7,236 bases of DNA from Naegleria gruberi (Eukaryota). Location: NCBI GenBank assembly GCA_000004985.1, contig GG739151.1. One strand, given 5' to 3'. Shown in pieces: positions 1 to 7,236 of this stretch. The stretch's first letter is position 1. The number at the start of each line of letters is the position of its first letter. A model generated the notes under the pieces. That model did no database searches. It was given only the letters and a program-made list of their open reading frames with translations, and had not been told where the DNA came from. A program made the translations under genes and the position numbers.

Positions 1-352
1 TCAATGGTGCAGAAGGAGTTTCTTCTTGTGGTGGAACAATAGTTGATGTTGTTTCGTCTTGAGATTCTTCCAATGTTGCGTGAGTTTCTTCTTGTGGTGG
101 AGCTGATGGTTCAATAGAATTTGATTGATCATTAGAAGTGATTGTTTCGTTTCGAATATTTTCATTAATGATGATATTTGATGGTTTACTACTTTCGTCC
201 GGAATAGTTTGAATATTCTGTTGTTGGTTATCATCAGAACTAGTTGGTTTCTTGAAAATTGTTCGTTTTGGTGGAATGTTAGAAGCAGTGTTATTATTAT
301 TCGATTCTGCTTTCTTCTCCCACATTGAAAGAAGAGAACTCAACTTGCCCAT
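1..352 (-). CDS. 5' exon (partial, runs off the left edge) of a low-complexity protein rich in S, N, Q, P, E and T. Translation: MGKLSSLLSMWEKKAESNNNNTASNIPPKRTIFKKPTSSDDNQQQNIQTIPDESSKPSNIIINENIRNETITSNDQSNSIEPSAPPQEETHATLEESQDETTSTIVPPQEETPSAPL...
   Basis: I translated the minus strand by hand. ATG sits at 352-350, with an in-frame TAG immediately upstream (364-362). From there 117 codons run to position 2 with no stop. All TTA/CTA/TCA triplets on the plus strand fall in another frame. The start is preceded by (A)9 on the sense strand, an A-rich initiation context. The sense strand is purine-rich and the antisense T-rich, as expected for coding. The ORF track omits this frame apparently because it lacks a stop within the window. 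The listed 77-aa ORF at 1..234 is a different, K/H/L-rich frame of the same repeats. No homolog recognised. Confidence 0.45.
   Translation of the reverse strand, partial: MGKLSSLLSMWEKKAESNNNNTASNIPPKRTIFKKPTSSDDNQQQNIQTIPDESSKPSNIIINENIRNETITSNDQSNSIEPSAPPQEETHATLEESQDETTSTIVPPQEETPSAPL
16..35 (-). repeat. Copy 1 of a perfect 20-bp direct repeat, gagtttcttcttgtggtgga on the plus strand. It encodes PPQEET and is the core of a diverged ~66-bp tandem duplication (16-81 versus 82-147).
   Basis: Exact 20/20 match to 82-101 on direct reading. Both flanks share a displaced 'caatag' (37-42 and 112-117), which suggests an older duplication with an indel. Confidence 0.9.
82..101 (-). repeat. Copy 2 of the perfect 20-bp direct repeat (encodes APPQEETH).
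   Basis: Exact 20/20 match to 16-35. The two copies are 66 bp apart. Confidence 0.9.
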
Positions 353-369
353 TTTTTTTTTCTAGATGA
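353..369 (-). promoter_or_regulatory. Initiation context and candidate 3' (trans-)splice acceptor: ttttttgtcatctag|aaaaaaaaaATG on the minus strand.
   Basis: A pyrimidine-rich tract ends in AG (minus AG at plus 363-362), 10 nt upstream of the ATG. This resembles a nematode acceptor and A-rich start context. It is purely a sequence pattern. Confidence 0.25.
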
Positions 370-478
370 CAAAAAAGTGTTCTGATTTGTTCCATTTCAC
401 AGCATCAAATGTTCATCATCTTCACAAAGCAACAAATTTCAATGAGACCGGTCCGGAATCGCTGTTTCTTGAAAAACT

Positions 479-503
479 TTTTCATGAAAGGTTCCGACTT
501 TCA
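479..503. promoter_or_regulatory. Alternating TTC/GAA array no. 1, built on the perfect 10-bp palindrome TTTCATGAAA (480-489). Heat-shock-element-like.
   Basis: Read directly: TTC(481-483) at GAA(486-488) agg TTC(492-494) c GAc(496-498) t TTC(500-502). This gives a TTCnnGAA core plus further units with 1-bp-off spacing. It lies about 130-150 bp upstream of the ATG at 352 on the minus-strand gene. Confidence 0.3.
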
Positions 504-534
504 AAAAACAGTGGTTGAAGAAAAGTTTCGAGAA

Positions 535-540
535 TTTATT
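535..540 (-). other. Candidate polyadenylation signal AATAAA (plus tttatt) for the minus-strand coding segment that ends at 650.
   Basis: This is the only AATAAA hexamer on the minus strand in 353-650. It sits about 110 nt downstream of the in-frame stop at 652-650. Confidence 0.25.
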
Positions 541-563
541 CTTTCATGAAATTCCGAACTTTC
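541..563. promoter_or_regulatory. Alternating TTC/GAA array no. 2, containing a second copy of the palindrome TTTCATGAAA (542-551).
   Basis: TTC(543-545) at GAA(548-550) a TTC(552-554) c GAA(556-558) ct TTC(561-563). That is four to five alternating units with spacers of 2, 1, 1 and 2. It is a direct imperfect repeat of array no. 1 (62-bp offset) and lies about 190-210 bp upstream of the ATG at 352. Confidence 0.3.
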
Positions 564-649
564 TCTCTGAGTTGAACGAGAGTTTGTCAGATAGGTTTGA
601 ATTTCATCACCCAATCAAAGTCATCAAGAACAACAGCTGATGAATGTTT

Positions 650-784
650 CTAAACCATGTAAAATCTTTCATCACCGAGCTTCTTTGGACCTCCTTTAAT
701 GGTTTTCATATCAACATCTCCTTTAACAACTTCTGTGATTATGAAATCTGATGGTTTTCTATCGGTTTCATAAGTTAGTGCCAA
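650..784 (-). CDS. Candidate terminal coding exon with unassigned product. Open frame: LALTYETDRKPSDFIITEVVKGDVDMKTIKGGPKKLGDERFYMV*, stop TAG at 652-650. The 5' exon boundary is unresolved. Possible acceptors are cag at 750-748 or cacag at 737-733. The segment may continue into the N gap.
   Basis: Only one of the three minus frames is open here. The other two hit stops within 1-4 codons. Amino-acid composition looks globular rather than low-complexity. An AATAAA signal sits downstream. I could not match it to the canonical OYE C-terminus (ANPDL / GYTDYP motifs), so it may belong to another gene hidden in the gap or be a chance ORF. Confidence 0.3.
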   Translation of the reverse strand: MALTYETDRKPSDFIITEVVKGDVDMKTIKGGPKKLGDERFYMV

Positions 785-831
785 TCATTGAACCACCATC
801 CCTTTTAAGTTGCTCAACAGAATGTTTCCTG

Positions 832-3800
832 NNNNNNNNNNNNNNNNNNNNNNNNNNNNNNNNNNNNNNNNNNNNNNNNNNNNNNNNNNNNNNNNNNNNN
901 NNNNNNNNNNNNNNNNNNNNNNNNNNNNNNNNNNNNNNNNNNNNNNNNNNNNNNNNNNNNNNNNNNNNNNNNNNNNNNNNNNNNNNNNNNNNNNNNNNNN
1001 NNNNNNNNNNNNNNNNNNNNNNNNNNNNNNNNNNNNNNNNNNNNNNNNNNNNNNNNNNNNNNNNNNNNNNNNNNNNNNNNNNNNNNNNNNNNNNNNNNNN
1101 NNNNNNNNNNNNNNNNNNNNNNNNNNNNNNNNNNNNNNNNNNNNNNNNNNNNNNNNNNNNNNNNNNNNNNNNNNNNNNNNNNNNNNNNNNNNNNNNNNNN
1201 NNNNNNNNNNNNNNNNNNNNNNNNNNNNNNNNNNNNNNNNNNNNNNNNNNNNNNNNNNNNNNNNNNNNNNNNNNNNNNNNNNNNNNNNNNNNNNNNNNNN
1301 NNNNNNNNNNNNNNNNNNNNNNNNNNNNNNNNNNNNNNNNNNNNNNNNNNNNNNNNNNNNNNNNNNNNNNNNNNNNNNNNNNNNNNNNNNNNNNNNNNNN
1401 NNNNNNNNNNNNNNNNNNNNNNNNNNNNNNNNNNNNNNNNNNNNNNNNNNNNNNNNNNNNNNNNNNNNNNNNNNNNNNNNNNNNNNNNNNNNNNNNNNNN
1501 NNNNNNNNNNNNNNNNNNNNNNNNNNNNNNNNNNNNNNNNNNNNNNNNNNNNNNNNNNNNNNNNNNNNNNNNNNNNNNNNNNNNNNNNNNNNNNNNNNNN
1601 NNNNNNNNNNNNNNNNNNNNNNNNNNNNNNNNNNNNNNNNNNNNNNNNNNNNNNNNNNNNNNNNNNNNNNNNNNNNNNNNNNNNNNNNNNNNNNNNNNNN
1701 NNNNNNNNNNNNNNNNNNNNNNNNNNNNNNNNNNNNNNNNNNNNNNNNNNNNNNNNNNNNNNNNNNNNNNNNNNNNNNNNNNNNNNNNNNNNNNNNNNNN
1801 NNNNNNNNNNNNNNNNNNNNNNNNNNNNNNNNNNNNNNNNNNNNNNNNNNNNNNNNNNNNNNNNNNNNNNNNNNNNNNNNNNNNNNNNNNNNNNNNNNNN
1901 NNNNNNNNNNNNNNNNNNNNNNNNNNNNNNNNNNNNNNNNNNNNNNNNNNNNNNNNNNNNNNNNNNNNNNNNNNNNNNNNNNNNNNNNNNNNNNNNNNNN
2001 NNNNNNNNNNNNNNNNNNNNNNNNNNNNNNNNNNNNNNNNNNNNNNNNNNNNNNNNNNNNNNNNNNNNNNNNNNNNNNNNNNNNNNNNNNNNNNNNNNNN
2101 NNNNNNNNNNNNNNNNNNNNNNNNNNNNNNNNNNNNNNNNNNNNNNNNNNNNNNNNNNNNNNNNNNNNNNNNNNNNNNNNNNNNNNNNNNNNNNNNNNNN
2201 NNNNNNNNNNNNNNNNNNNNNNNNNNNNNNNNNNNNNNNNNNNNNNNNNNNNNNNNNNNNNNNNNNNNNNNNNNNNNNNNNNNNNNNNNNNNNNNNNNNN
2301 NNNNNNNNNNNNNNNNNNNNNNNNNNNNNNNNNNNNNNNNNNNNNNNNNNNNNNNNNNNNNNNNNNNNNNNNNNNNNNNNNNNNNNNNNNNNNNNNNNNN
2401 NNNNNNNNNNNNNNNNNNNNNNNNNNNNNNNNNNNNNNNNNNNNNNNNNNNNNNNNNNNNNNNNNNNNNNNNNNNNNNNNNNNNNNNNNNNNNNNNNNNN
2501 NNNNNNNNNNNNNNNNNNNNNNNNNNNNNNNNNNNNNNNNNNNNNNNNNNNNNNNNNNNNNNNNNNNNNNNNNNNNNNNNNNNNNNNNNNNNNNNNNNNN
2601 NNNNNNNNNNNNNNNNNNNNNNNNNNNNNNNNNNNNNNNNNNNNNNNNNNNNNNNNNNNNNNNNNNNNNNNNNNNNNNNNNNNNNNNNNNNNNNNNNNNN
2701 NNNNNNNNNNNNNNNNNNNNNNNNNNNNNNNNNNNNNNNNNNNNNNNNNNNNNNNNNNNNNNNNNNNNNNNNNNNNNNNNNNNNNNNNNNNNNNNNNNNN
2801 NNNNNNNNNNNNNNNNNNNNNNNNNNNNNNNNNNNNNNNNNNNNNNNNNNNNNNNNNNNNNNNNNNNNNNNNNNNNNNNNNNNNNNNNNNNNNNNNNNNN
2901 NNNNNNNNNNNNNNNNNNNNNNNNNNNNNNNNNNNNNNNNNNNNNNNNNNNNNNNNNNNNNNNNNNNNNNNNNNNNNNNNNNNNNNNNNNNNNNNNNNNN
3001 NNNNNNNNNNNNNNNNNNNNNNNNNNNNNNNNNNNNNNNNNNNNNNNNNNNNNNNNNNNNNNNNNNNNNNNNNNNNNNNNNNNNNNNNNNNNNNNNNNNN
3101 NNNNNNNNNNNNNNNNNNNNNNNNNNNNNNNNNNNNNNNNNNNNNNNNNNNNNNNNNNNNNNNNNNNNNNNNNNNNNNNNNNNNNNNNNNNNNNNNNNNN
3201 NNNNNNNNNNNNNNNNNNNNNNNNNNNNNNNNNNNNNNNNNNNNNNNNNNNNNNNNNNNNNNNNNNNNNNNNNNNNNNNNNNNNNNNNNNNNNNNNNNNN
3301 NNNNNNNNNNNNNNNNNNNNNNNNNNNNNNNNNNNNNNNNNNNNNNNNNNNNNNNNNNNNNNNNNNNNNNNNNNNNNNNNNNNNNNNNNNNNNNNNNNNN
3401 NNNNNNNNNNNNNNNNNNNNNNNNNNNNNNNNNNNNNNNNNNNNNNNNNNNNNNNNNNNNNNNNNNNNNNNNNNNNNNNNNNNNNNNNNNNNNNNNNNNN
3501 NNNNNNNNNNNNNNNNNNNNNNNNNNNNNNNNNNNNNNNNNNNNNNNNNNNNNNNNNNNNNNNNNNNNNNNNNNNNNNNNNNNNNNNNNNNNNNNNNNNN
3601 NNNNNNNNNNNNNNNNNNNNNNNNNNNNNNNNNNNNNNNNNNNNNNNNNNNNNNNNNNNNNNNNNNNNNNNNNNNNNNNNNNNNNNNNNNNNNNNNNNNN
3701 NNNNNNNNNNNNNNNNNNNNNNNNNNNNNNNNNNNNNNNNNNNNNNNNNNNNNNNNNNNNNNNNNNNNNNNNNNNNNNNNNNNNNNNNNNNNNNNNNNNN

Positions 3801-6323
3801 NNNNNNNNNNNNNNNNNNNNNNNNNNNNNNNNNNNNNNNNNNNNNNNNNNNNNNNNNNNNNNNNNNNNNNNNNNNNNNNNNNNNNNNNNNNNNNNNNNNN
3901 NNNNNNNNNNNNNNNNNNNNNNNNNNNNNNNNNNNNNNNNNNNNNNNNNNNNNNNNNNNNNNNNNNNNNNNNNNNNNNNNNNNNNNNNNNNNNNNNNNNN
4001 NNNNNNNNNNNNNNNNNNNNNNNNNNNNNNNNNNNNNNNNNNNNNNNNNNNNNNNNNNNNNNNNNNNNNNNNNNNNNNNNNNNNNNNNNNNNNNNNNNNN
4101 NNNNNNNNNNNNNNNNNNNNNNNNNNNNNNNNNNNNNNNNNNNNNNNNNNNNNNNNNNNNNNNNNNNNNNNNNNNNNNNNNNNNNNNNNNNNNNNNNNNN
4201 NNNNNNNNNNNNNNNNNNNNNNNNNNNNNNNNNNNNNNNNNNNNNNNNNNNNNNNNNNNNNNNNNNNNNNNNNNNNNNNNNNNNNNNNNNNNNNNNNNNN
4301 NNNNNNNNNNNNNNNNNNNNNNNNNNNNNNNNNNNNNNNNNNNNNNNNNNNNNNNNNNNNNNNNNNNNNNNNNNNNNNNNNNNNNNNNNNNNNNNNNNNN
4401 NNNNNNNNNNNNNNNNNNNNNNNNNNNNNNNNNNNNNNNNNNNNNNNNNNNNNNNNNNNNNNNNNNNNNNNNNNNNNNNNNNNNNNNNNNNNNNNNNNNN
4501 NNNNNNNNNNNNNNNNNNNNNNNNNNNNNNNNNNNNNNNNNNNNNNNNNNNNNNNNNNNNNNNNNNNNNNNNNNNNNNNNNNNNNNNNNNNNNNNNNNNN
4601 NNNNNNNNNNNNNNNNNNNNNNNNNNNNNNNNNNNNNNNNNNNNNNNNNNNNNNNNNNNNNNNNNNNNNNNNNNNNNNNNNNNNNNNNNNNNNNNNNNNN
4701 NNNNNNNNNNNNNNNNNNNNNNNNNNNNNNNNNNNNNNNNNNNNNNNNNNNNNNNNNNNNNNNNNNNNNNNNNNNNNNNNNNNNNNNNNNNNNNNNNNNN
4801 NNNNNNNNNNNNNNNNNNNNNNNNNNNNNNNNNNNNNNNNNNNNNNNNNNNNNNNNNNNNNNNNNNNNNNNNNNNNNNNNNNNNNNNNNNNNNNNNNNNN
4901 NNNNNNNNNNNNNNNNNNNNNNNNNNNNNNNNNNNNNNNNNNNNNNNNNNNNNNNNNNNNNNNNNNNNNNNNNNNNNNNNNNNNNNNNNNNNNNNNNNNN
5001 NNNNNNNNNNNNNNNNNNNNNNNNNNNNNNNNNNNNNNNNNNNNNNNNNNNNNNNNNNNNNNNNNNNNNNNNNNNNNNNNNNNNNNNNNNNNNNNNNNNN
5101 NNNNNNNNNNNNNNNNNNNNNNNNNNNNNNNNNNNNNNNNNNNNNNNNNNNNNNNNNNNNNNNNNNNNNNNNNNNNNNNNNNNNNNNNNNNNNNNNNNNN
5201 NNNNNNNNNNNNNNNNNNNNNNNNNNNNNNNNNNNNNNNNNNNNNNNNNNNNNNNNNNNNNNNNNNNNNNNNNNNNNNNNNNNNNNNNNNNNNNNNNNNN
5301 NNNNNNNNNNNNNNNNNNNNNNNNNNNNNNNNNNNNNNNNNNNNNNNNNNNNNNNNNNNNNNNNNNNNNNNNNNNNNNNNNNNNNNNNNNNNNNNNNNNN
5401 NNNNNNNNNNNNNNNNNNNNNNNNNNNNNNNNNNNNNNNNNNNNNNNNNNNNNNNNNNNNNNNNNNNNNNNNNNNNNNNNNNNNNNNNNNNNNNNNNNNN
5501 NNNNNNNNNNNNNNNNNNNNNNNNNNNNNNNNNNNNNNNNNNNNNNNNNNNNNNNNNNNNNNNNNNNNNNNNNNNNNNNNNNNNNNNNNNNNNNNNNNNN
5601 NNNNNNNNNNNNNNNNNNNNNNNNNNNNNNNNNNNNNNNNNNNNNNNNNNNNNNNNNNNNNNNNNNNNNNNNNNNNNNNNNNNNNNNNNNNNNNNNNNNN
5701 NNNNNNNNNNNNNNNNNNNNNNNNNNNNNNNNNNNNNNNNNNNNNNNNNNNNNNNNNNNNNNNNNNNNNNNNNNNNNNNNNNNNNNNNNNNNNNNNNNNN
5801 NNNNNNNNNNNNNNNNNNNNNNNNNNNNNNNNNNNNNNNNNNNNNNNNNNNNNNNNNNNNNNNNNNNNNNNNNNNNNNNNNNNNNNNNNNNNNNNNNNNN
5901 NNNNNNNNNNNNNNNNNNNNNNNNNNNNNNNNNNNNNNNNNNNNNNNNNNNNNNNNNNNNNNNNNNNNNNNNNNNNNNNNNNNNNNNNNNNNNNNNNNNN
6001 NNNNNNNNNNNNNNNNNNNNNNNNNNNNNNNNNNNNNNNNNNNNNNNNNNNNNNNNNNNNNNNNNNNNNNNNNNNNNNNNNNNNNNNNNNNNNNNNNNNN
6101 NNNNNNNNNNNNNNNNNNNNNNNNNNNNNNNNNNNNNNNNNNNNNNNNNNNNNNNNNNNNNNNNNNNNNNNNNNNNNNNNNNNNNNNNNNNNNNNNNNNN
6201 NNNNNNNNNNNNNNNNNNNNNNNNNNNNNNNNNNNNNNNNNNNNNNNNNNNNNNNNNNNNNNNNNNNNNNNNNNNNNNNNNNNNNNNNNNNNNNNNNNNN
6301 NNNNNNNNNNNNNNNNNNNNNNN
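832..6323. other. Unresolved sequence: continuous run of 5,492 N (assembly gap or hard-masked region).
   Basis: Direct observation. 831 is g, 832-6323 are n, and 6324 is t. Confidence 0.99.
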
Positions 6324-6977
6324 TGCAACTTCAGAGAAAGTTTCAGTTGGTGTAGAATCGCTCATTTGGTGAAGAGCACCAGATGGACTAATTCTGATAC
6401 CAACACGATTAGATTCACCATTGACAGCCTTCAAAACTGATTCAACAACTTCACGCATAAATCTCAATCTATTTTCAATGGAACCTCCATATTCATCAGT
6501 TCTCTTATTGACACCATCTTGAATGAATTGGTCAATCAAGTATCCATTAGCTCCGTGAATTTCAACACCATCAAATCCAGCTTCAATAGCATTCTTAGCA
6601 GCAGCACCATATTGTTCAACAATGGTCTTGATTTCTTCAACTGATAAACTCTTTGGTGGTTCAGCAGTAACTTGTTCAAAGGTCTTCAAGTTGAAACATG
6701 AAAGTTGAGTCATGGCAATATCAGATGATGAAACAGAATCAGCATATCTGACTCTACCTACGTGCCATAATTGCAAAAAGATGATACCTCCCTTTTGATG
6801 GACAGCATCAGTAATCTTCTTCCAGGCCTTAACTTGAGCTTCGGAATAACAACCTGGTGTGAATGGATAACCTTGTCCTTGTGGTGTAATTTGTGAAGCT
6901 TCAGCAATGATTAAACCACCCTTTGAAGCACGTTGATTGTAATAGATAGCACCAACATCAGTATGTTCACATTCTCC
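6324..6977 (-). CDS. Internal exon (the 3' part continues into the N gap) of an Old Yellow Enzyme family NAD(P)H:flavin oxidoreductase / alkene reductase. Translation: GECEHTDVGAIYYNQRASKGGLIIAEASQITPQGQGYPFTPGCYSEAQVKAWKKITDAVHQKGGIIFLQLWHVGRVRYADSVSSSDIAMTQLSCFNLKTFEQVTAEPPKSLSVEEIKTIVEQYGAAAKNAIEAGFDGVEIHGANGYLIDQFIQDGVNKRTDEYGGSIENRLRFMREVVESVLKAVNGESNRVGIRISPSGALHQMSDSTPTETFSEVA...
   Basis: The frame is that of track ORF 768..6776. I extended it by hand upstream of the TTG the track reported as M. It stays open to the intron acceptor (minus ...ataacag|GGAGAA, AG at 6979-6978). Conserved OYE motifs: QLWHVGRV, AGFDGVEIHGANGYLIDQF (His/Asn substrate-binding pair and catalytic Tyr), RTDEYGGS and VGIRISP. 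Established family knowledge: TIM-barrel FMN enzymes, as in OYE1, OPR and NemA. Confidence 0.9.
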
Positions 6978-7177
6978 CTGTTATTATATTAATTGAATGA
7001 TCATGAAATGAATTTGATTCCATATATTATGAATATTCACACAAAACAAAGTAGTTGTATGTAGTAGTAAATAGTTAATGATGATATTATCGTTCGTCAT
7101 CATTGTCATCATTGAAATATTCATCAAATGATAATCGACACAATAATTAACAAAAAAGGCTATAATTTCAAACTTAC
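6978..7177 (-). other. Intron (200 nt) of the OYE-family gene. Donor is GTAAGTTTG (plus 7177-7169) and acceptor is taatataataacAG (AG at plus 6979-6978). It is AT-rich.
   Basis: The upstream exon frame ends ...RAVA and then reads gtaagtttgaaattatag with a stop. The downstream exon frame has an in-frame TAA at 6983-6981 just before the AG. Joining at GT...AG keeps phase 0 and gives a continuous OYE-like sequence: MAPLTRTRAVA|GECEHTDVGAIYYNQRAS. Confidence 0.8.
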
Positions 7178-7236
7178 AGCAACAGCTCTTGTTCTAGTAA
7201 GTGGGGCCATAACAATACGATGTCCAAAGACAAGCC
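7178..7236 (-). CDS. Upstream exon (partial; gene start lies beyond the right edge of the window) of the same OYE-family gene. Translation: ...LVFGHRIVMAPLTRTRAVA
   Basis: By hand translation, the minus frame starting at 7234 is open for 19 codons up to the GTAAGT donor. RIVMAPLTR(x)RA is the conserved N-terminal beta-strand/FMN-contact motif of OYEs (Thr37 equivalent in 'PLTR'). Confidence 0.85.

Noticed and set aside
1-234. Track ORF 1..234 (-) 77 aa, MITNNRIFKLF...HHKKKLLLHH
   Set aside because: It overlaps the longer ATG-initiated open frame (352..2) in a different frame. Its K/H/L-rich low-complexity composition is produced by the gtggtgg/ttcttc repeats. It has no supporting start context. 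I judged it the non-coding frame.
366-518. Plus-strand 50-aa ORF (MTKKCSDLFHFTASNVHHLH...) directly after a T10-ctag acceptor-like tract
   Set aside because: It is short and lies across the palindrome/HSE-like region. It has no homology or downstream coding continuity. The T-rich tract is better explained as the A-rich leader of the minus-strand ATG at 352.
6340-6346. tttcag on the plus strand resembling a nematode 3' splice site
   Set aside because: It sits inside well-supported minus-strand coding sequence (the antisense of ...ETF...). A hexamer like this is expected by chance in T-rich antisense.
751-6440. Plus-strand ORFs 751..6372 and 810..6440 (about 1,870 aa) and the minus ORF 785..6328
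   Set aside because: Their length comes entirely from translating the N run as X. The real plus-strand parts are 27 and 7 codons with no recognisable content. The C-terminal tails of the two plus-strand ORFs are just the antisense of the OYE exon.
7077-7113. Small inverted repeat aatgatga(N12)tcatcatt, with a third tcatcatt copy at 7106-7113
   Set aside because: It lies inside the 200-nt OYE intron. An 8-bp stem in roughly 30% GC DNA is expected by chance. There is no covariation or context that suggests a structured RNA.
1-7236. Prokaryotic reading of the window: defence island, operon or CRISPR
   Set aside because: A spliceosomal GT-AG intron interrupts the conserved OYE domain. There is an AATAAA signal and an A-rich start context. 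There are no Shine-Dalgarno spacings and no repeat-spacer arrays. The resolved sequence fits a eukaryotic nuclear genome, likely a nematode, and the codon usage is only partly Caenorhabditis elegans-like.

Overview
Only about 1.74 kb of this 7,236-nt window is real sequence (1-831 and 6324-7236). Positions 832-6323 are a continuous run of 5,492 N, so the four long ORFs in the track that span it (poly-X translations) are artifacts. The resolved flanks look like AT-rich eukaryotic DNA, probably nematode-like, not prokaryotic. The evidence is a GT-AG intron with a GTAAGTTTG donor, an AATAAA-type signal, a (A)9ATG initiation context, and no Shine-Dalgarno or operon-style packing. Everything I can support as coding lies on the minus strand. 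(1) Two exons (7236-7178 and 6977 to at least 6324) of an Old Yellow Enzyme-family FMN oxidoreductase, split by a 200-nt intron. They carry the hallmark motifs MAPLTR, QLWHVGRV, EIHGANGYLIDQF, RTDEYGGS and VGIRISP. The 5' end lies beyond the right edge of the window and the 3' part runs into the N gap. (2) A weakly supported terminal coding segment (784-650, stop at 652-650) with an AATAAA signal about 110 nt downstream (minus strand 540-535). (3) The ATG-initiated first exon (352 to 1, open to the window edge) of a low-complexity S/N/Q/P/E/T-rich protein that contains a diverged 66-bp tandem duplication with a perfect 20-bp core. The short interval between (2) and (3) carries two alternating TTC/GAA arrays built on the perfect 10-bp palindrome TTTCATGAAA. 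These resemble heat-shock elements. There is also a pyrimidine-rich AG acceptor 10 nt upstream of the ATG. No CRISPR, RNA gene or mobile element is visible in the resolved parts. If an unusual system exists at this locus, it lies inside the unsequenced gap and cannot be assessed here.
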